64,000 bases of DNA from Lingula anatina (Eukaryota > Animalia > Brachiopoda), in assembly GCA_051362555.1 (NCBI GenBank), contig CM120649.1:7812001-7876000 (forward strand), read 5' to 3'. The notes under the pieces were generated by a model. It worked only from the letters and a program-made list of their open reading frames with translations. It was not told the DNA's origin and made no database searches. Within the stretch, counting starts at the first letter, position 1, and every line of letters begins with the position of its first letter. Of this stretch, positions 36,879-52,435 are shown one piece after another. Both the position numbers and the translations under genes were made by a program.

Positions 36879-39800
36879 TCATAACTTTTCTTTCGATGGC
36901 ACCCAAATCATGGGGCCCGACTGGTCGCGAATGACCTCCTTGACCTTTGCATAGATGTCATCTGGCGTGTCCCCGCTGACCACAGCTGAAAACAATATGG
37001 GGGAGATTCAAGTGAAACTTAACATCAATATTCTAAAGAAGCATGGGTATACCAGCATCATCAGATGATACCTTTTTTGCTTTGGCTGGGACATTTTCTT
37101 GGACATGCATATTCATCTTAAAGAACCAAGGTTAGCACAAAAATTATTTTAAGATTAAAACTATTCCTACAATGCTCCGATACAAAACAACATAATCAAT
37201 GAAAAATCTGAGGTTTGAAAATCATTCCCAGTTTTTTCAATTCCACTACTTCTGTAATAAACATTTCTTTGATTACTTCATTTTGTTTTAAATTTACCTG
37301 TGATTTTTTCCACCAAACTCTTGCTCTAAACTCAACTTACCTGTGAAATACTCTCCAAACTCTTGCTCTAATCTCAATGCTTTTTCAAAACTTTTCTTGG
37401 CCTGCTCTTCTGTCATTCTCTTGTTCCACTCCCTGCAAAAAATTAATCATTATCTCACAAATGTGATTACTTCTACATTCTAACAACCACACAAACACTC
37501 ACATTCATAGCCAACACTGCCAGCATTTATATTACAGATTTTGCATTACTTGGTATAGTAAACAATAGAATAAAACTACTTCCATTATTTACATTATACA
37601 TTGTTCAGTTCTTGGTTTTTAATTAATAAAGATGGCTATTGGGTAGAGTAGACCTACTGTTAGTACTTACATTATAGATTCTGCACTTCTTGGTTTAATA
37701 AAGATGGCTATAGGGTAGAGTTGAGCAACCTGGAGTCTCTTAATAGCATTTCCACTAACATCTAATATACAATGCTTGCCCTGAAATCAGGAAATAATTT
37801 GGTAACTTCAGTCTGGATACTATGACAGGTGTCATATCACTCCTCTTTCAACCTCACCCCCCCCCCCCCCCCCCTTTGATAAAAAACTTATGGTAATGAC
37901 TTGATTTTTTCAATCAGAAAAATAATGAATTTTAAAAATACTGTATTTTTAAGTCACAAATCCTTGAATAAGAACATACTCAGTGGTAACAACAAAACTA
38001 AAAAGCACGCTTCAAGTTCTATCTGCATAGTATAAGCACCACACATGCTACAACAAAGAAATATATATTTTAATGGATCTAAAATCATGACTCTGAAACA
38101 AAAGTAATTTTTCCCACTGAAAAGATTGCTTCATTATCCTAATTCATTATGGGCAATAACTACCTTTTCTGCGACCTCCCTGACTGAGGCAACACTTGTG
38201 CCGTACAGATGCTCGTTGTACTGCCCCGCTTCGATGAACAGGTGGTCCTGAATGTCCTTCTCCATCTGCTCTCGAGAGTCCACGAAGTGGTAGTCACGCC
38301 CGTCCACCTCGTAGTCTCTGCGCGGACGTGTCGTGTCTGCAAACGATGACAGTCATCAGTAGCTGTTAAACAGTTGGCTGCATCTTTGATTTTGCTGTTT
38401 TGCTACATGTTTTATTTTATTTGTATTATATTGTATTAAGTAGTATTGTGATGATGTATTTGTTTGTGTATAATTTGCTTGTGTTCTCTTTTGTAATACA
38501 ATGTTACTTTATAATGCAGTGGTATAATGGCAAATGTTGCATGATGTTAAAAGCTATGTTGTATTAGTTGTACATTAATTAAACTTTGCTGTCTTACCTT
38601 CAATCAAATGTTGTAGAGCACTGATTTTTTTTCACTATGTTGTTTTCCTCTGTATGAAGTTGTCTACTCTTATATGCCAAACCATGTTGAAAACGTTGCA
38701 CATTGTATAATATTTTACTACTTTGTATTATGTTGTTGGCATTGACTGAACATGGTATTCTCGTGTATAACGCAGTAAACTATTGACTGTTATACATGCT
38801 ATAGCATTTGACTGACAGTTGACTTACGAGGTACACAGCTGCCAAACTTGTCCGGGTACTCTGATATCAGGTCGTCATTAATTCTGTCCTTCAGCGGGCC
38901 CAGCAAAATGATAGGGCGCGTCACCTTCACTGGAAGACGGAATTCACACAGACATTATTCAGTTGTCAGTATATTATGCTAGCAATCTTTACAGTACAAT
39001 GTGCCTGCTTGAGCATATCATTTCTTAAAGCCATATAATTTTTACACCAACTAAACCAAGAATTTGTTGCAAAAAAAAAAAAATAAATATCTAACATTTA
39101 CTTAAGACAACTCACTTTCTTGCTGCAATACTGGTTTATACAATGTGTTAGGTGTGACAGTGTCTGTAAGAATGTGTTAGGTGTGACAGTATTTGTAAGA
39201 ACGTGTTAGGTGTGACAGTATTTGTAAGAATGTGTTAGGTGTGACAGGGTTGTAGTGGACCAGCTATTTACTCACATTCTTGCTGTATCACTGGTTCATA
39301 GGTGAGCACTGGTTCATCCCCTCCTGTAACAACAGAAATGGCGGCATTACTTCATTGTCAACTTTCTCTCGCAAAGAACAAAAGAGCTTAATAGGTGAAA
39401 TTATTAAAAGAAATTAAAACTGATAATGTGAAAATTTACTCATGTTTTATAAACAGTGAAACAGTTTAATACATTTAATGAAATTAAGAACATTTTTTTC
39501 TTGACAATGAAGTGGATTACACTTAGTGTATTTATTTCATAAGTAAATGCTAAGAATAAATACGTTTACTGCAATCCTCATAGTGCCTTTCCTCAAATCA
39601 AATTATATCTTTGAACAAAAAAATCAATTTCATAATCACATATTCTGTTTTAACATCATATCAGCTCTTATTACAATCAGTGCACTCTATTTCTGTCATA
39701 TATCATTTAGAAACAAAAATAGGAGAAAGGTATCACAGCCAGTTTGTCCAGCTCTCATCTTTTACATAATTCATGTGGTACTGAGAAAGGAAAAAGAAAA

Positions 39801-42800
39801 CAAATACTCTTAACAAAATCTTAACCTGAAACTTTCAGGTCTTGAAAAGCCGAGCTGAGCAGTATGGAGTTGACAGCGTGGAATGCAAGTTATAAGTACC
39901 ACTAAGGAGATTTTTGTCAAATGAAAACAAGATGGTCTAAAAATCTATAAATCCTACATAATTCTGTTTGGAAATCACCCGAAAAGGAGTATCACAAATT
40001 GAATGTGAGGAAATATAAACTTTTATTAACTTTTTTCTTTCTTTTTAATGCAACCACAGAAAGGCCCCTTAATGCCCAAAATGTTGTTACACCAGACCAT
40101 ATGATACTTGTCTTTGTAACATGCATATACAACTGCAATTTTGACTTTACTTACTGAAAAACCCTGAATAATATAATAAATATCCTATTTCAGATGTGTT
40201 TAAAATATGATGCTTAGTCCCCAAACCCATGATACAGATGTTAATACTGAAGCTAGACTACAGTATTTATTCTACACTGAACAGTTAATCCATGCTACAG
40301 TAATTGATATTTTAAATGGGCAGAGTTTGTGTAATACAGATCTAGGACAAAACAAATACTGGAAACGTCTATTTGAAAACAGCTATGTAAAATAAAAGTC
40401 AAGATACTACATATTACATGCTTCACCTCTAATAACCTTTGATAAGTCTGGCCAGAATAAATGTTGGAGAAAAGACAGTATAACCCTGCTAGTTAAACAT
40501 TTAATTATATTTTCTACAGCCCCCCTCCCCCCCCCCCAAAAAAAAAAATAAATAAATAAATAAAATAAATAAATAAATAAATAATTTCTCCATCAAGTAT
40601 TAACAAAAGAATAACCCCAGACAGGTTGTGTATATACCAATTGTAAATGTATATAATTTATGCCCAGATTAACATCCAGCTATACATATACAGTATATAG
40701 TATTTAGCCAGATCAACACCCAGCTATACATATACAGTATATAATATTTAGCCAGATCAACACCCAGCTATACATATACAGTATATAATATTTAGCTAGA
40801 TCAACACCCAGCTATACATATACAGTATATAATATTTAGCCAGATCAACACCCAGCTATACATATACAGTATATAATATTTAGCCAGATCAACACCCAGC
40901 TATACATATACAGTATATAATATTTAGCCAGATCAACACCCAGCTATACTTATATAGAGAACTGAAATGACAGAGAATTTACTTTTAGTGCCCATGAAAT
41001 TACAAAGAAAGGATCGTGTTCTTTGTGTGCATATGTGCTACATATCTGTCAGCACCCACATACACCTTTGTATATGATTGCATATGTGGTACTTAACTAA
41101 CTTGTATTTGTGTATTAGGCTTATTGGCGTTCATTCATTTGTATGATATCATCATTTCCTTAAAGGGCATAAAAGCCAGTCCCTGTCATTTTCAGCTTCC
41201 TATACCACTTGCCAACCCGTCATCCACTGAAGCAGCCATTGGGAGCCATTGCTTAAGGGAATACTTATCTAACAACTTGGTGGAAATAAAACACAAATTT
41301 TTCACTGCTCTATGTCCAATATTATAATTCAAAGCTAATTTTATCTGCATAATGGACATCAACATTACAGCAGTAAATTTTACCTGACAATGTGTAGATT
41401 TCACAAAATGAGTTATTCCACCATGTTGAAGACAGTGTTGAGAAGAGGAATAGCCTATAGGTGAGATATTGGTCAGCATACAACCCAATTTCCTTTCAAA
41501 TTTATCAGTTTGTGTGGACAAATATTTCCCTAAATGTTGACTACAATATATTTTCAAATTCATTTTGGAAAAAAAAATCAAGATAGCTTCTTGTAAATCA
41601 GTGCCACCTATGGATAAACTGAAGGTTGGGTGTATGCTGCCCTCTAGAGTGCATTTAGGGGACTAATTCTACATGTTCTATAGGTTTACTTACTGTTGGA
41701 ATCATTATCACCCTCCGTTTCTACAGAAACAAATTCAAACATGGTCACGTTAAACTGTACTGACATATAGGGTATGTGGCAAACAAATGACATACAGCAA
41801 CAGTGACAATATCATCCACAAGGACAACATTGGTACAAGCTATGACAATCTTTGGTTTTCCTTGTCATCCTTATTTTTGAATCACTCTTGTGTCATTTGG
41901 ATATAAATTTTATACCAATCTTCAAAGCATTTAAATGTTGCATATTGAAAGAAGCAACCTTTTTGAATACAACATTTCATTCAAGACTGTTCTCTTGACA
42001 AATACATTAAGCACAGTACAGGGGCTCTGTCAGTGTAAATCAACCAAGGAGCACAGAGTGAAGTACTGGAACAATACCAGTGCCAAAAATGAAATAGAAT
42101 ATCAGAAAATTTCATACAATTTCAAACATAATTATCTGACTATCTCAAGACAAATTTTTTTCAGAAATCTATTTTTCTTCATTCTTTATACATTTTTAAA
42201 TATCATAAAGAGATAATTGTTTTGGCAATAAAAATATCCAATTTTGTTTCAATTTGATGAACTCAGATCATGCCATATCCACAGTGGAAAGGTCTACCTT
42301 GACAAGAGCCCTTGCTACTGTGCAGAGTGTTGGATTAACATGCGATAAACGGGCAGCTCGTTGCTCCAGGTCACATGCTTTCTACAACACCAAGTTGGTT
42401 CATGCGTTGATCAAGATGTTAAGACGAGACTACAGTAACTGCTAACTGAGCCAGCTAGGCCACATGCATTCTGACTGATATAGCAGCTCAGGGGGGGTTA
42501 ATAATAATGATAACAACCTCTTAACGTATTTTGAATTGGAATATCCGCTTCTGCATGTGGCCCATATAAATGTGAAGGTCATGAGGTGAAGGTCATTAAA
42601 GGTCAAGAATATATGAAATTAAAGAAAAATAAATCTTAATCAGAGAAAGAGAACCAAGTCTGCTTTCTTGTGCTCAAGCAATCTCTATACACAACAAAAT
42701 TAAAAGTACATTTTTCAAAGAATAAAAAGACAAAAACAATACATATCAAACCTTCCAAATTTAACACAAAGATAAATGGTGCTCAACATAAATTAAACAA

Positions 42801-45800
42801 AAAGTATTAACAAAAGGATCAAATAAGCTCATAGCTCTGCTCTATAATATACAGAAGCAAAATATGAATAAAAGGCTTCTCGTGTTGTAGCAATATGAAT
42901 GGACATGTCAGGTCTTTTGCCAGTACAAGTTACAAATGAAATCTAAACAGCAGCCAATGACAAACGTGCTTTCAAACTGAATCAAGACACACTGTGCCAA
43001 AGCAGCAAGATCTATAAAAGCCAACTTCCTCAAATGGTCTTATCTTGAAGTATAACACCCTCTATAGGAGGATAAAACTTACGTTCATCCACAGTGACAT
43101 CTTCCATGCTTGTGCCACTCTTGTCTTTGCTCTTCATGAATGGGAACTTCTTGGTGAAGGAGAAATTCTTCTTCTTCTGTTTGTCTGCTGCTGTGCCACC
43201 AACAGCCTAGTAGGACAGAGGGGAAGTTATTTTGAACTGTGAAACTAGATGGCAAACCTGACAAATATACAGACATCACCTGCTGGGATGGAGGGAAAGT
43301 TATTTTGAACTGTGAATCTCACTAGTGGGCCAGATTAAGTCTTAAAGTGCACATTCAAACCAGTACTGATCTGACGTGGTCTTAAAGATTAACCAAACAG
43401 CCTTAAACCGCACTGGCTCAGGTTTTAAGATAAAAACTGATATAAATCACAGTGAGTAAAAAAAACAAGGCAGCAAAGCTGTCAAATGTACAGACAAAAA
43501 ACAGGAAATAACTATGCACAAAATAGGCTACTGTCAATTCTGATGCAAAAATACATTATATCAAACTGCAAATTCAACATCAAATTTTAATTATCCTCAA
43601 CAGGTAATACCAATGTAATTAAAATATGTGACAAGTTTACACTTTGAAAATGTATAACTTCCAGAAAAAGAAGTTCCTTAGACTGCTTTTCCAACTCAGA
43701 CTGCATTTTAGTCCAGTATTTCTTTTTTGAAAGTTTGGCAATCATAAGTAACATGGTTTTCCCATAATGGTCATCATGGCAGCAGCACCCAAAATTGTGT
43801 TTTCTTCTATTCTGATGCAATATTACATAATGGTTAACAGCATAATAACTCAATTTTAATAATAAAATATACGTATCATGGATTTTCAGAAAATGTGACT
43901 AGCATGGGTCTTCAAGCCCGTGGAACTTCAAAGTCACACCTTGAAAATGCCAATATGTGAAAAATTAAATTTTCACAAAATAACTGTTTAACTGGCAGCA
44001 AGAATTACCAAACAGACTGTATTTCCTATTGAAGCTGTATTTTAGTCCCATGTTTCTTTCCTGTAAGTTTGAGAACAGTAAATGACATGGTTTTTCTTAA
44101 ATGGTCATCATGGGAGCAGTGCCCAAAATAGTTTTTTTTTTCAAATTTTGATGCAATATTACATAATGTTTAACAGCATAATGACCATCAACTTTAATAA
44201 TAAAATATTAGTATTATGGATATTCAGAAAATGTGACTAGCAAAGGTCTTCAGGCCCATGGAACTTCAAAGTCACAACTTGAAAATGCCAAAATGTAAAC
44301 GAGACAGCACTGTTCTGAAATGTTTTTTTTTTTCCATTTTTAACAATTTTTAACATAAAACAAAATTATCAGTTTTCTGCCGTTTTTATATGATAAACTA
44401 AGAAAATTGATGAGATGGGAAAAATATCAACAGAGCAGTGTTAAATGTCCAATCTCTTCCATTCTGAGATTCTGAACATAGTGAATGATTGAATCTGACA
44501 AACTGCAATGATATGAGTTTATTTCCATTTTTGAAACTTTATTACACAATACACGATAACAAGTTTACCATCATTTTTACATAATCAACTAATAATGTTG
44601 TAAAATTGCAGGAAATGCCAAACAAACACTTTTACCTATCTTATTAGTTCAATAATGAAACTGTTTACATGCCTAAGAATTAAATCTGAGGAAATGTGAA
44701 AAAACTGCATTTCTTTAAAATAATGGCCCGATTATGCTGATTTTTTAACTCAACCTGCGTTTTAGCAGGAATGACAACTCCTGTGAGTTTAATGACAATT
44801 GGCCTATCTGTTTTTCTTATATTGTGTTTACAGTGTTGCATATATGCTGAAAAGTGAAAAAAAAAGCATAACTACTAAAATAGTGGCCCGATCATGCCGA
44901 TTTTCGAACTTGACCTGCATTTTATGAATATTCATCAGCTCTGTAAATATACAGCCAAAAAGTAAAACTGCCTTCCACTTATCGTGTTTACAATGAAAGT
45001 GCATGGCGCCGGCGACAGCGACAGTGACGGCCACGATGGCGACGACAGACGCAGGTGATGGCAATATGTACAGACACATCTGTACATATTAACTGTACTG
45101 TTTGAGAACAGTAAGTGACATGGTTTTTCTTATATGGTCATCATGGGAGCAGTGCCCAAAATAGGTTTTTTTCAAATTTTGATGCAATATTACATAATGT
45201 TTAACAGCATAATGATCATCAATTTTTAATAATAAAATATTAGTATCATGGACAAATAGTAAACGTGACTAACAAAGGTTTTTAGGCCGATGGAACTTCA
45301 AAGTCACACCTTCAAAATGCCAAAATGTAAACAAGACTGCACTGTTCTGAAATGGGTTTATTTCCATTTTTAACACTTTTTTAACATAAAACAAAATTAA
45401 TAGGTTACTGCCATTTTTATAAGATCAACTAAGAAAATTGATGAGATGTGAAAAATATCAATAGAACAGTGTTAAATGTCCAATTTCTTCCATTCTGAGA
45501 TTCTGAACATAGTGAATGATTGAATCTGACAAACTGCAATGATATGAGTTTATTTCCATTTTTGACACTTTATTATACAATACACGATAACAAGTTTACC
45601 ATCATTTTTACATAATCAACTAACAATGTTGTAAAGATGCAGGAAATGTCAAACAAACACTTTTACGTATCTTATTACTTAAATAATAAGGCTATTAACA
45701 TGCCTAAGAATTAAATCTGAGGAAATCTGAGGAAATGTGAAAAACAGCATAACTTCTAAAATAATGCCCCGATTATGCTGATTTTCGAACTTGACCTGTG

Positions 45801-47890
45801 TTTTAGTAAGATTGATTATTCCTGTGAGTGTCATGACAACAGGCCTAACGGTTTTCCTTAAAATGTGTTTACAAGGTTGCATATATGCTGAAAAGTGAAA
45901 AAACAGCATAACTTCTACAATAATGGCCCGATCATGCTGATTTTCGAACTTGACCTGCGTTTTATGAATATTCATCAGCTCTGTAAATATAAAGCCAAAA
46001 AGTAAAACTGCCTTCCACTTATCGTGTTTACAAGGAAAGTGCACGGCGACGGCATCGGCATCGGCATCGCCATCGGCGACGGCGACGACAGACGCAGGTG
46101 ATGGCAATATGTACAGACACATCTGTGTCTGTACATAAAAACCTATAATTGATATCAAATTGGTACTGACAAAGATGTGATGTGCACCAGTTCATTATCA
46201 CTTGTCTCTGTCTCCTTGGTAACCTTACCTTAGAGTCCACTCCCTTTCCTTTGAAGTCCACCCTCTTCACCTTGGCTCTCTCTTTCCTCTCAACTCTGGA
46301 AAACATAGTCAAACCATTTACACCTGACAAAACTGTCTGGTCAGTTATTTCAGATACAAATGCAACAAGCAATGAGTTTTTTTAATGCGAGTAAATAATG
46401 GATGTTTCTTTACAACAATAATTATGTTATATAGTCAGATCATATTCAGAATCAGGACCAACTGATAAAACATTTTTTACATATTACCTGACATGTCTAC
46501 AGACCTAGAAGGATAAAGCCCCTTGAAAATATTATGCCTAGTCCCTCCCTACCTCCTCCTGCTGGGTATGATGCCCAGTCCCTCCCTACCTCCTCCTGCT
46601 GGGTATGATGCCCAGTCCCCTCCCTACCTCCTCCTGCTGGGTATGATGCCCAGTCCCTCCCTACCTCCTCCTGCTGGGTATGATGCCCAGTCCCTCCCTA
46701 CCTCCTCCTGCTGGGTATGATGCCCAGTCCCCTCCCTACCTCCTCCTGCTGGGTATGATGCCCAGTCCCCTCCCTACCTCCTCCTGCTGGGTATGATGTC
46801 CAGTCCCCTCCCTACCTCCTCCTGCTGGGTATGATGCCCAGTCCCCTCCCTACCTCCTCCTGCTGGGTATGATGCCCAGTCCCCTCCCTACCTCCTCCTG
46901 CTGGGTATGATGCCCAGTCCCCTCCCTACCTTCTCCTGCTGGGTATGCTGCCCAGTCCCTCCCTACCTTCTCCTGCTGGGTATGATGCCCAGTCCCTCCC
47001 TACCTTCTCCTGCTGGGTATTATGCCCAGTCCCTCCCTACCTCCTCCTGCTGGGTATGATGCCCAGTCCCTCCCTACCTCCTCTTGCTGGGTATGATGCC
47101 CAGTCCCTCCCTACCTCCTCCTGCTGGGTATGATGCCCAGTCCCTCCCTACCTCCTGCTGGGTATGATGCCTAGTCCCTCCCTACCTTCTTCTGCTGGGT
47201 ATGATGCCCAGTCCCTCCCTACCTCCTCTTGCTGGGTATGATGCCCAGTCCCTCCCTATCTCCTCCTGCTGGGTATGATGCCCAGTCCCTCCCTACCTTC
47301 TCCTGCTGGGTATGATGCCCAGTCCCTCCCTACCTTCTCCTGCTGGGTATGATGCCCAGTCCCTCCCTATCTCCTCCTGCTGGGTATGATGCCCAGTCCC
47401 TTCCTACCTCCTCCTGCTGGGTATGATCCCCAGTCCCTCCCTACCTTCTCCTGCTGGGTATGATGCCCAGTCCTTCCTCCTTCCCGTCTGGCAGGATCCT
47501 CTTGGCCTGCCACCACTCGTCATCGCTGGCATTGGTGACGTGGAGAATGTCTCCATACCTGAACTCCAGACCCTCCCGCGGCAGACCACTGTCCTTAGAA
47601 GGGTCGTAATCAAAGAGGGCCCTGGATGAAAAAATTAAGATAAAATCATTAATACTGCATATTTTTTAAAGCTGCATGTCTGAAAACAACCCTGTATTTT
47701 CACTGATCATTCAAAAGTGTTGTTCCTGGAGGAGCACAGTCAGCAAGAGGGTCCAAGGAGGAAGTTATCCAAGATAACTAGGATACCAATGACTGCTCTT
47801 ATTTTTAAGGTGGAAAATTTTATTTGCTGTAATGCTAAGCAGATCTCAGAAGTCTCCTTGAGTGAAGACATTGTACATGCAGTGATTTTT

Positions 47891-47926
<36 letters not shown>

Positions 47927-50900
47927 TGTGCATGTGTGTATGTGAAACAGCCCAATCCTGCAATAAAATTTATCTGCATTCCTACTCATTGCTAGCTATA
48001 TAGCAAGATAGACTCCTGGGTATTTACAGAAGAAATTGTGGAATGTCCAGAAAGTGGTGGGTGGGTGGGGAAGCGTGTCTGTTTCCTGGTGTGGTAAGGC
48101 ATATTTTTAGAATAACCAGTCATGGGTGGTCCAATTCTTACTGGACATCTTTAGTTCATTATATACCATATCACTACATAAACAGCATAGGGGAGAATTG
48201 CTCTGGGTTTATCTATATTCAAGGAGTTATGTTTCACAATGAAACTTCACCATTGTTGGTATTAATAGATAGCTGCACTGCACTTAGGATATGACCTCTG
48301 TACTTTGAACTGCCTTCTTTTTTGTTTCTAATTTTCCCCAAAAATGAAATGCTGAATGTTGTGATATACCTATCTGAGCATTCTACTAAATACCTTACAA
48401 AAACGTTTCAAGGATGAAAGTTTTAGAAGTATCACCAAATGGAAAACACTTGCTTCGAGCCCCACTTACCTCACATAGAGCGTCCTCTTTTGTGTAGTTT
48501 TTAAACTGCTCTGACTTGTGTTCAACATTTGCTCACGAATTTCATGAATTTTGGCCTCAAATCTGTTATAATCTGAAAATAAGGGGAAAAGAAGATGCTT
48601 TAATTTCATGGTACTAATTTCAACATCTATCCTTTTATTCTCAAAACAACATTTTAATTGTATTTCCAAATTTTTAAAAATTTTATTTTGGGCTAATATC
48701 AATATTTTTCTTCTTATTATCATTGGAAAGTCACTTTTTTCATAGTTGTGCATTAAATATTCATTCAAACTTTTTTGAAATTTTTGCTGCCACTTAGTCA
48801 CAAAGTAAACTTTAGTGAGCTTTTGAAAATAATAAAGCCTTGAAAAAGAACAATATTTCAGAAAGAGAAAGTTTTAAGTTTGAAGAAAACGTGAGCAAAC
48901 GTCCCCAATTCAGGGACTCATTTTCTCACCTTCAGGTTTATACTGTGCGACAATTTCCACTGTGTCCCCAGCATGCTTCAGTGCGGCTGCTGCCTGCTCA
49001 TGTGTGGCGTCCCTCAAGTCAACACCATTAACCTGAAGATAATCACAAATATCATACTAAACTTCATCATACTTCTGCAAAACTATTACATTTGGAGATA
49101 AATAGTTTGAATAACCACAAAAATTAAATTATAATTTATATATAATAACTATTGCAATAATAAAAAGAAATCTATTGCTACATTAGATATGTATGAGTAG
49201 AAGATATATTTTTTTGGGAAAATGTTACATGGTGTTAAGAAAAGTGGCACTAAATAAAGAAAACTTCATTTTAATATAAATATTTATTTTTCTCTTTATA
49301 ACTAGTGGTTAACTGGTGTAGTCCGCCAGTCCCTGCAATATGGCCTTCTTGCCATTCAGCTCTGGAATCATCTAACCACAAAATGATTAACAACCAGCAA
49401 ATCGCATCTACTTTAGCTGAATGGCAGATAATACCAGCATAGCCTGACCTTCACAACACGGAGAGAAAATGTTCAGAAAAGAGGGCATTCCTATCTCTCC
49501 AACACATGTTGATTTTCCGACCTTAATTCTCGTTCCCATGGTGACTAGGATGCTCATTAGAGACTCCATGCAGAAAATGGTGATAATTTCTTTGTTATTT
49601 TCTAAGAATTTTCTCCAGGCATGTACTTATCACCAGCTTACATTTTCGTCTCAAAAACGCTTCTATTTTCTTCAGCTATTATGACTCAGTGTGGATTGAA
49701 TTGAATTGAATTCTTTTCAACTGTGAAATACATGCCTGTGAGCGCAAAGATAACAGGGGACTTGTTTATTGAGTAAGCTAAATTAAATGATAATGATGGT
49801 ACTTTTCTCCTGGAATATACATAATATGGCTCTTAAAAAAAAGAGATTTCAGTATTTCATTTCAGAATATTTCAGGTGAATGACTCGAGAGAGAGGGAGA
49901 GGGAGACAGACCATTTGCCTTAATATTAGACAATAGACCATCAAGCTGAAAAAGAATCTTATGAAGAAAGCATATAGTTGAACAGGCTGCAATTGGCATT
50001 GTTGCCTTGCAATAAATAAATACTATGAAAAGGCACAAGCCAATTTTTGGAGTCCTCAGAAATGTGGTCCAAGCGGAGTAAATGAGTATGTTATTTCCAA
50101 TATGCATACAAATGCAAGTTTTGAACAGGAGATAATAACCTCATTACTTCAGAGGATTCACATCAACCACCAAACTAATATAAGACTATGACTAAAGTAT
50201 CCTAATAGTACAACCATATTACCTCAATCCCAAACCATTTACACACCCTTCAAGCTCCTGTGCACCAAGGACATCCAACTCTTTTCTCTACTCTGGTGCT
50301 TTTGAGAGATACCCACATAAAGCCAGCTAAATGGCAACGCAATTCAATTTCCTTTCCCCTGGTCGCCATTAAAACCCAGCAACCAGGCGCAGACTACAAC
50401 TGAAATGATGTTCTCCGATCCTATCAACACTTCGGACATGTAGTAACAGTGTATGTACCATCTGGTCAGTCCTGTTCTCTAATTTCCTCCAGGAATATCT
50501 GCTCACTTCACTGTGGCACACTTGTACATGTATAGATAATAAAGGTATCACTGATCGAGCTGAGAGATAGCACTGAGAAACTTAACTCTGGCCAAATTCC
50601 AATAGGATCCAGTGATTCTTTTTTTAACTAGATCATAAAAACAAATCCAAAAACTTGTACACAAAATCTATGAGACAAATTGTTTATATCGCATCAAATA
50701 GTATGCTTCTATGAGCAGCTTGAAATTTAGATCCTTTAAAGTCACATTAACTCGAGTTATATTAGACAATGTGAAATGCCATAATCTGTGATCTTTATTT
50801 GTTACCATGCCTTGCATTGTGATGAACAAATGATATTTAGTTTTAGCTTAAAGATGCATACAAAGTCAATTTTTTGTCACAAAAACCAACCAAATGCCAG

Positions 50901-52385
50901 TATATAGTTTCAAGTAGTATAACTAAGAGAATTACCAAAAGGCATTGTTTAATTTTACCCAAAAATGATGTTTGAACAGATTTTTCTGCTGGCATTCTAA
51001 GCTGTATGTCAATGGGGCAGGAAAGTAGGTCACGGAAGTAGGTTAAATTTACAACCATAAATTTAAAGAAAGGAGCAGTCTAAAGGTCTTTTATGGCTAA
51101 TCGAGTGATCTATTCAGTTTATGCCTTGGCATGTCAAATTTATTTGAGTCATATAAGAATCTAGTAGAAGTGGTTTACATGTGTTACTGGGAATCCACTA
51201 TCCACCAATGCTCGGTTAGTATGTACCTTTAATAGTTGTATCAGTCAAAAAAAAAAAAGTTTATCTTATCTTAAGGGCTATGATTCACATATAATCTATT
51301 TCAATTTTCGCACCTTACTTACATCAATATTCAGACCAGGCCATCTTCATCAGGAGAAAGCAAAACCATATCCCACGTACTGTATTTTTCAGTTAATTGT
51401 TATCATCCTCATCACCCTCCACATAATTTGTAATAGACACACCAAATGACCAATTATTTAGCCTCAATCCGTCTATGTGTTCTCTCCTAGCTGTGGTCTA
51501 TATCCTAACAATATACTCACATCCAATGTCAGCTTGTACTGATGTCCTCTGGAGAATACCTACAGTAATACTGTCTCTGCTGCAACATCAGCTAATAACA
51601 CTATCACCTTCAGCAAATACAGCAATGACAATATCATCAGATCTTTTCACAGTAATATAATCACATTCCTTTTAAATACAAAATTCTTCCAAGTCACTTC
51701 CTTGTCTGTTGCTGAAATTGTGATTAAGATTCTATCTGGAAACCAAGTGGATGTATAACAAGAGGGTCAGATAAAGATTTCAGAATATCCTACAACATTG
51801 TCTTCCCCAACCCTCACGATATTGAAGTCTCCTGGCTATGGCTCACATACACACGAGTTGGAAGCCCCACCATATTGCCACTGAGCTAAAAGAGAATACA
51901 GCAGATCAGAATTTCCAATGATCAACACTGTTGTAAAGCAGACAGTCGTTGCTCAATCTCTGCAGCTTACGTACACCATCTTTAAATCACTGCCCGTAGT
52001 AAATATGCTGCTCTGGCTGTGGTGAATGTTCAGCCAATAATCCTCTCTCTCTCTCACACAGAGGGCATTCCCCAACAATACATCAGCTCTGCTCCGACTT
52101 TAGCTGCAATACGCATATCTACCAAACTCAGACGTTGAGAAGCACAATAAAATATCCCTGATTATCCTTCCTTTTTTTCCTCCCTACAAGAAATCCATAC
52201 CAATCCCAGTATTTCCTGTGTATCAATCAGCATCAAGGTCATATTGGAGAGGATCTTAGCCCAGATCTCTATCGCCTCTTCTAACAGGCTGGAGTAACAT
52301 AGCAGGCTGAATTGATTGACCCTTGCCTACTAGTGTGTCAGTCTTCACAGCTCTGTTGGACAGGATTCTAATTTCTCGTCAGGGA

Positions 52386-52435
<50 letters not shown>

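Noticed and set aside
46523-47629. Proline-rich ORFs ([17 protein letters not shown])
   Set aside because: Antisense translation of the 37/38-bp donor minisatellite.
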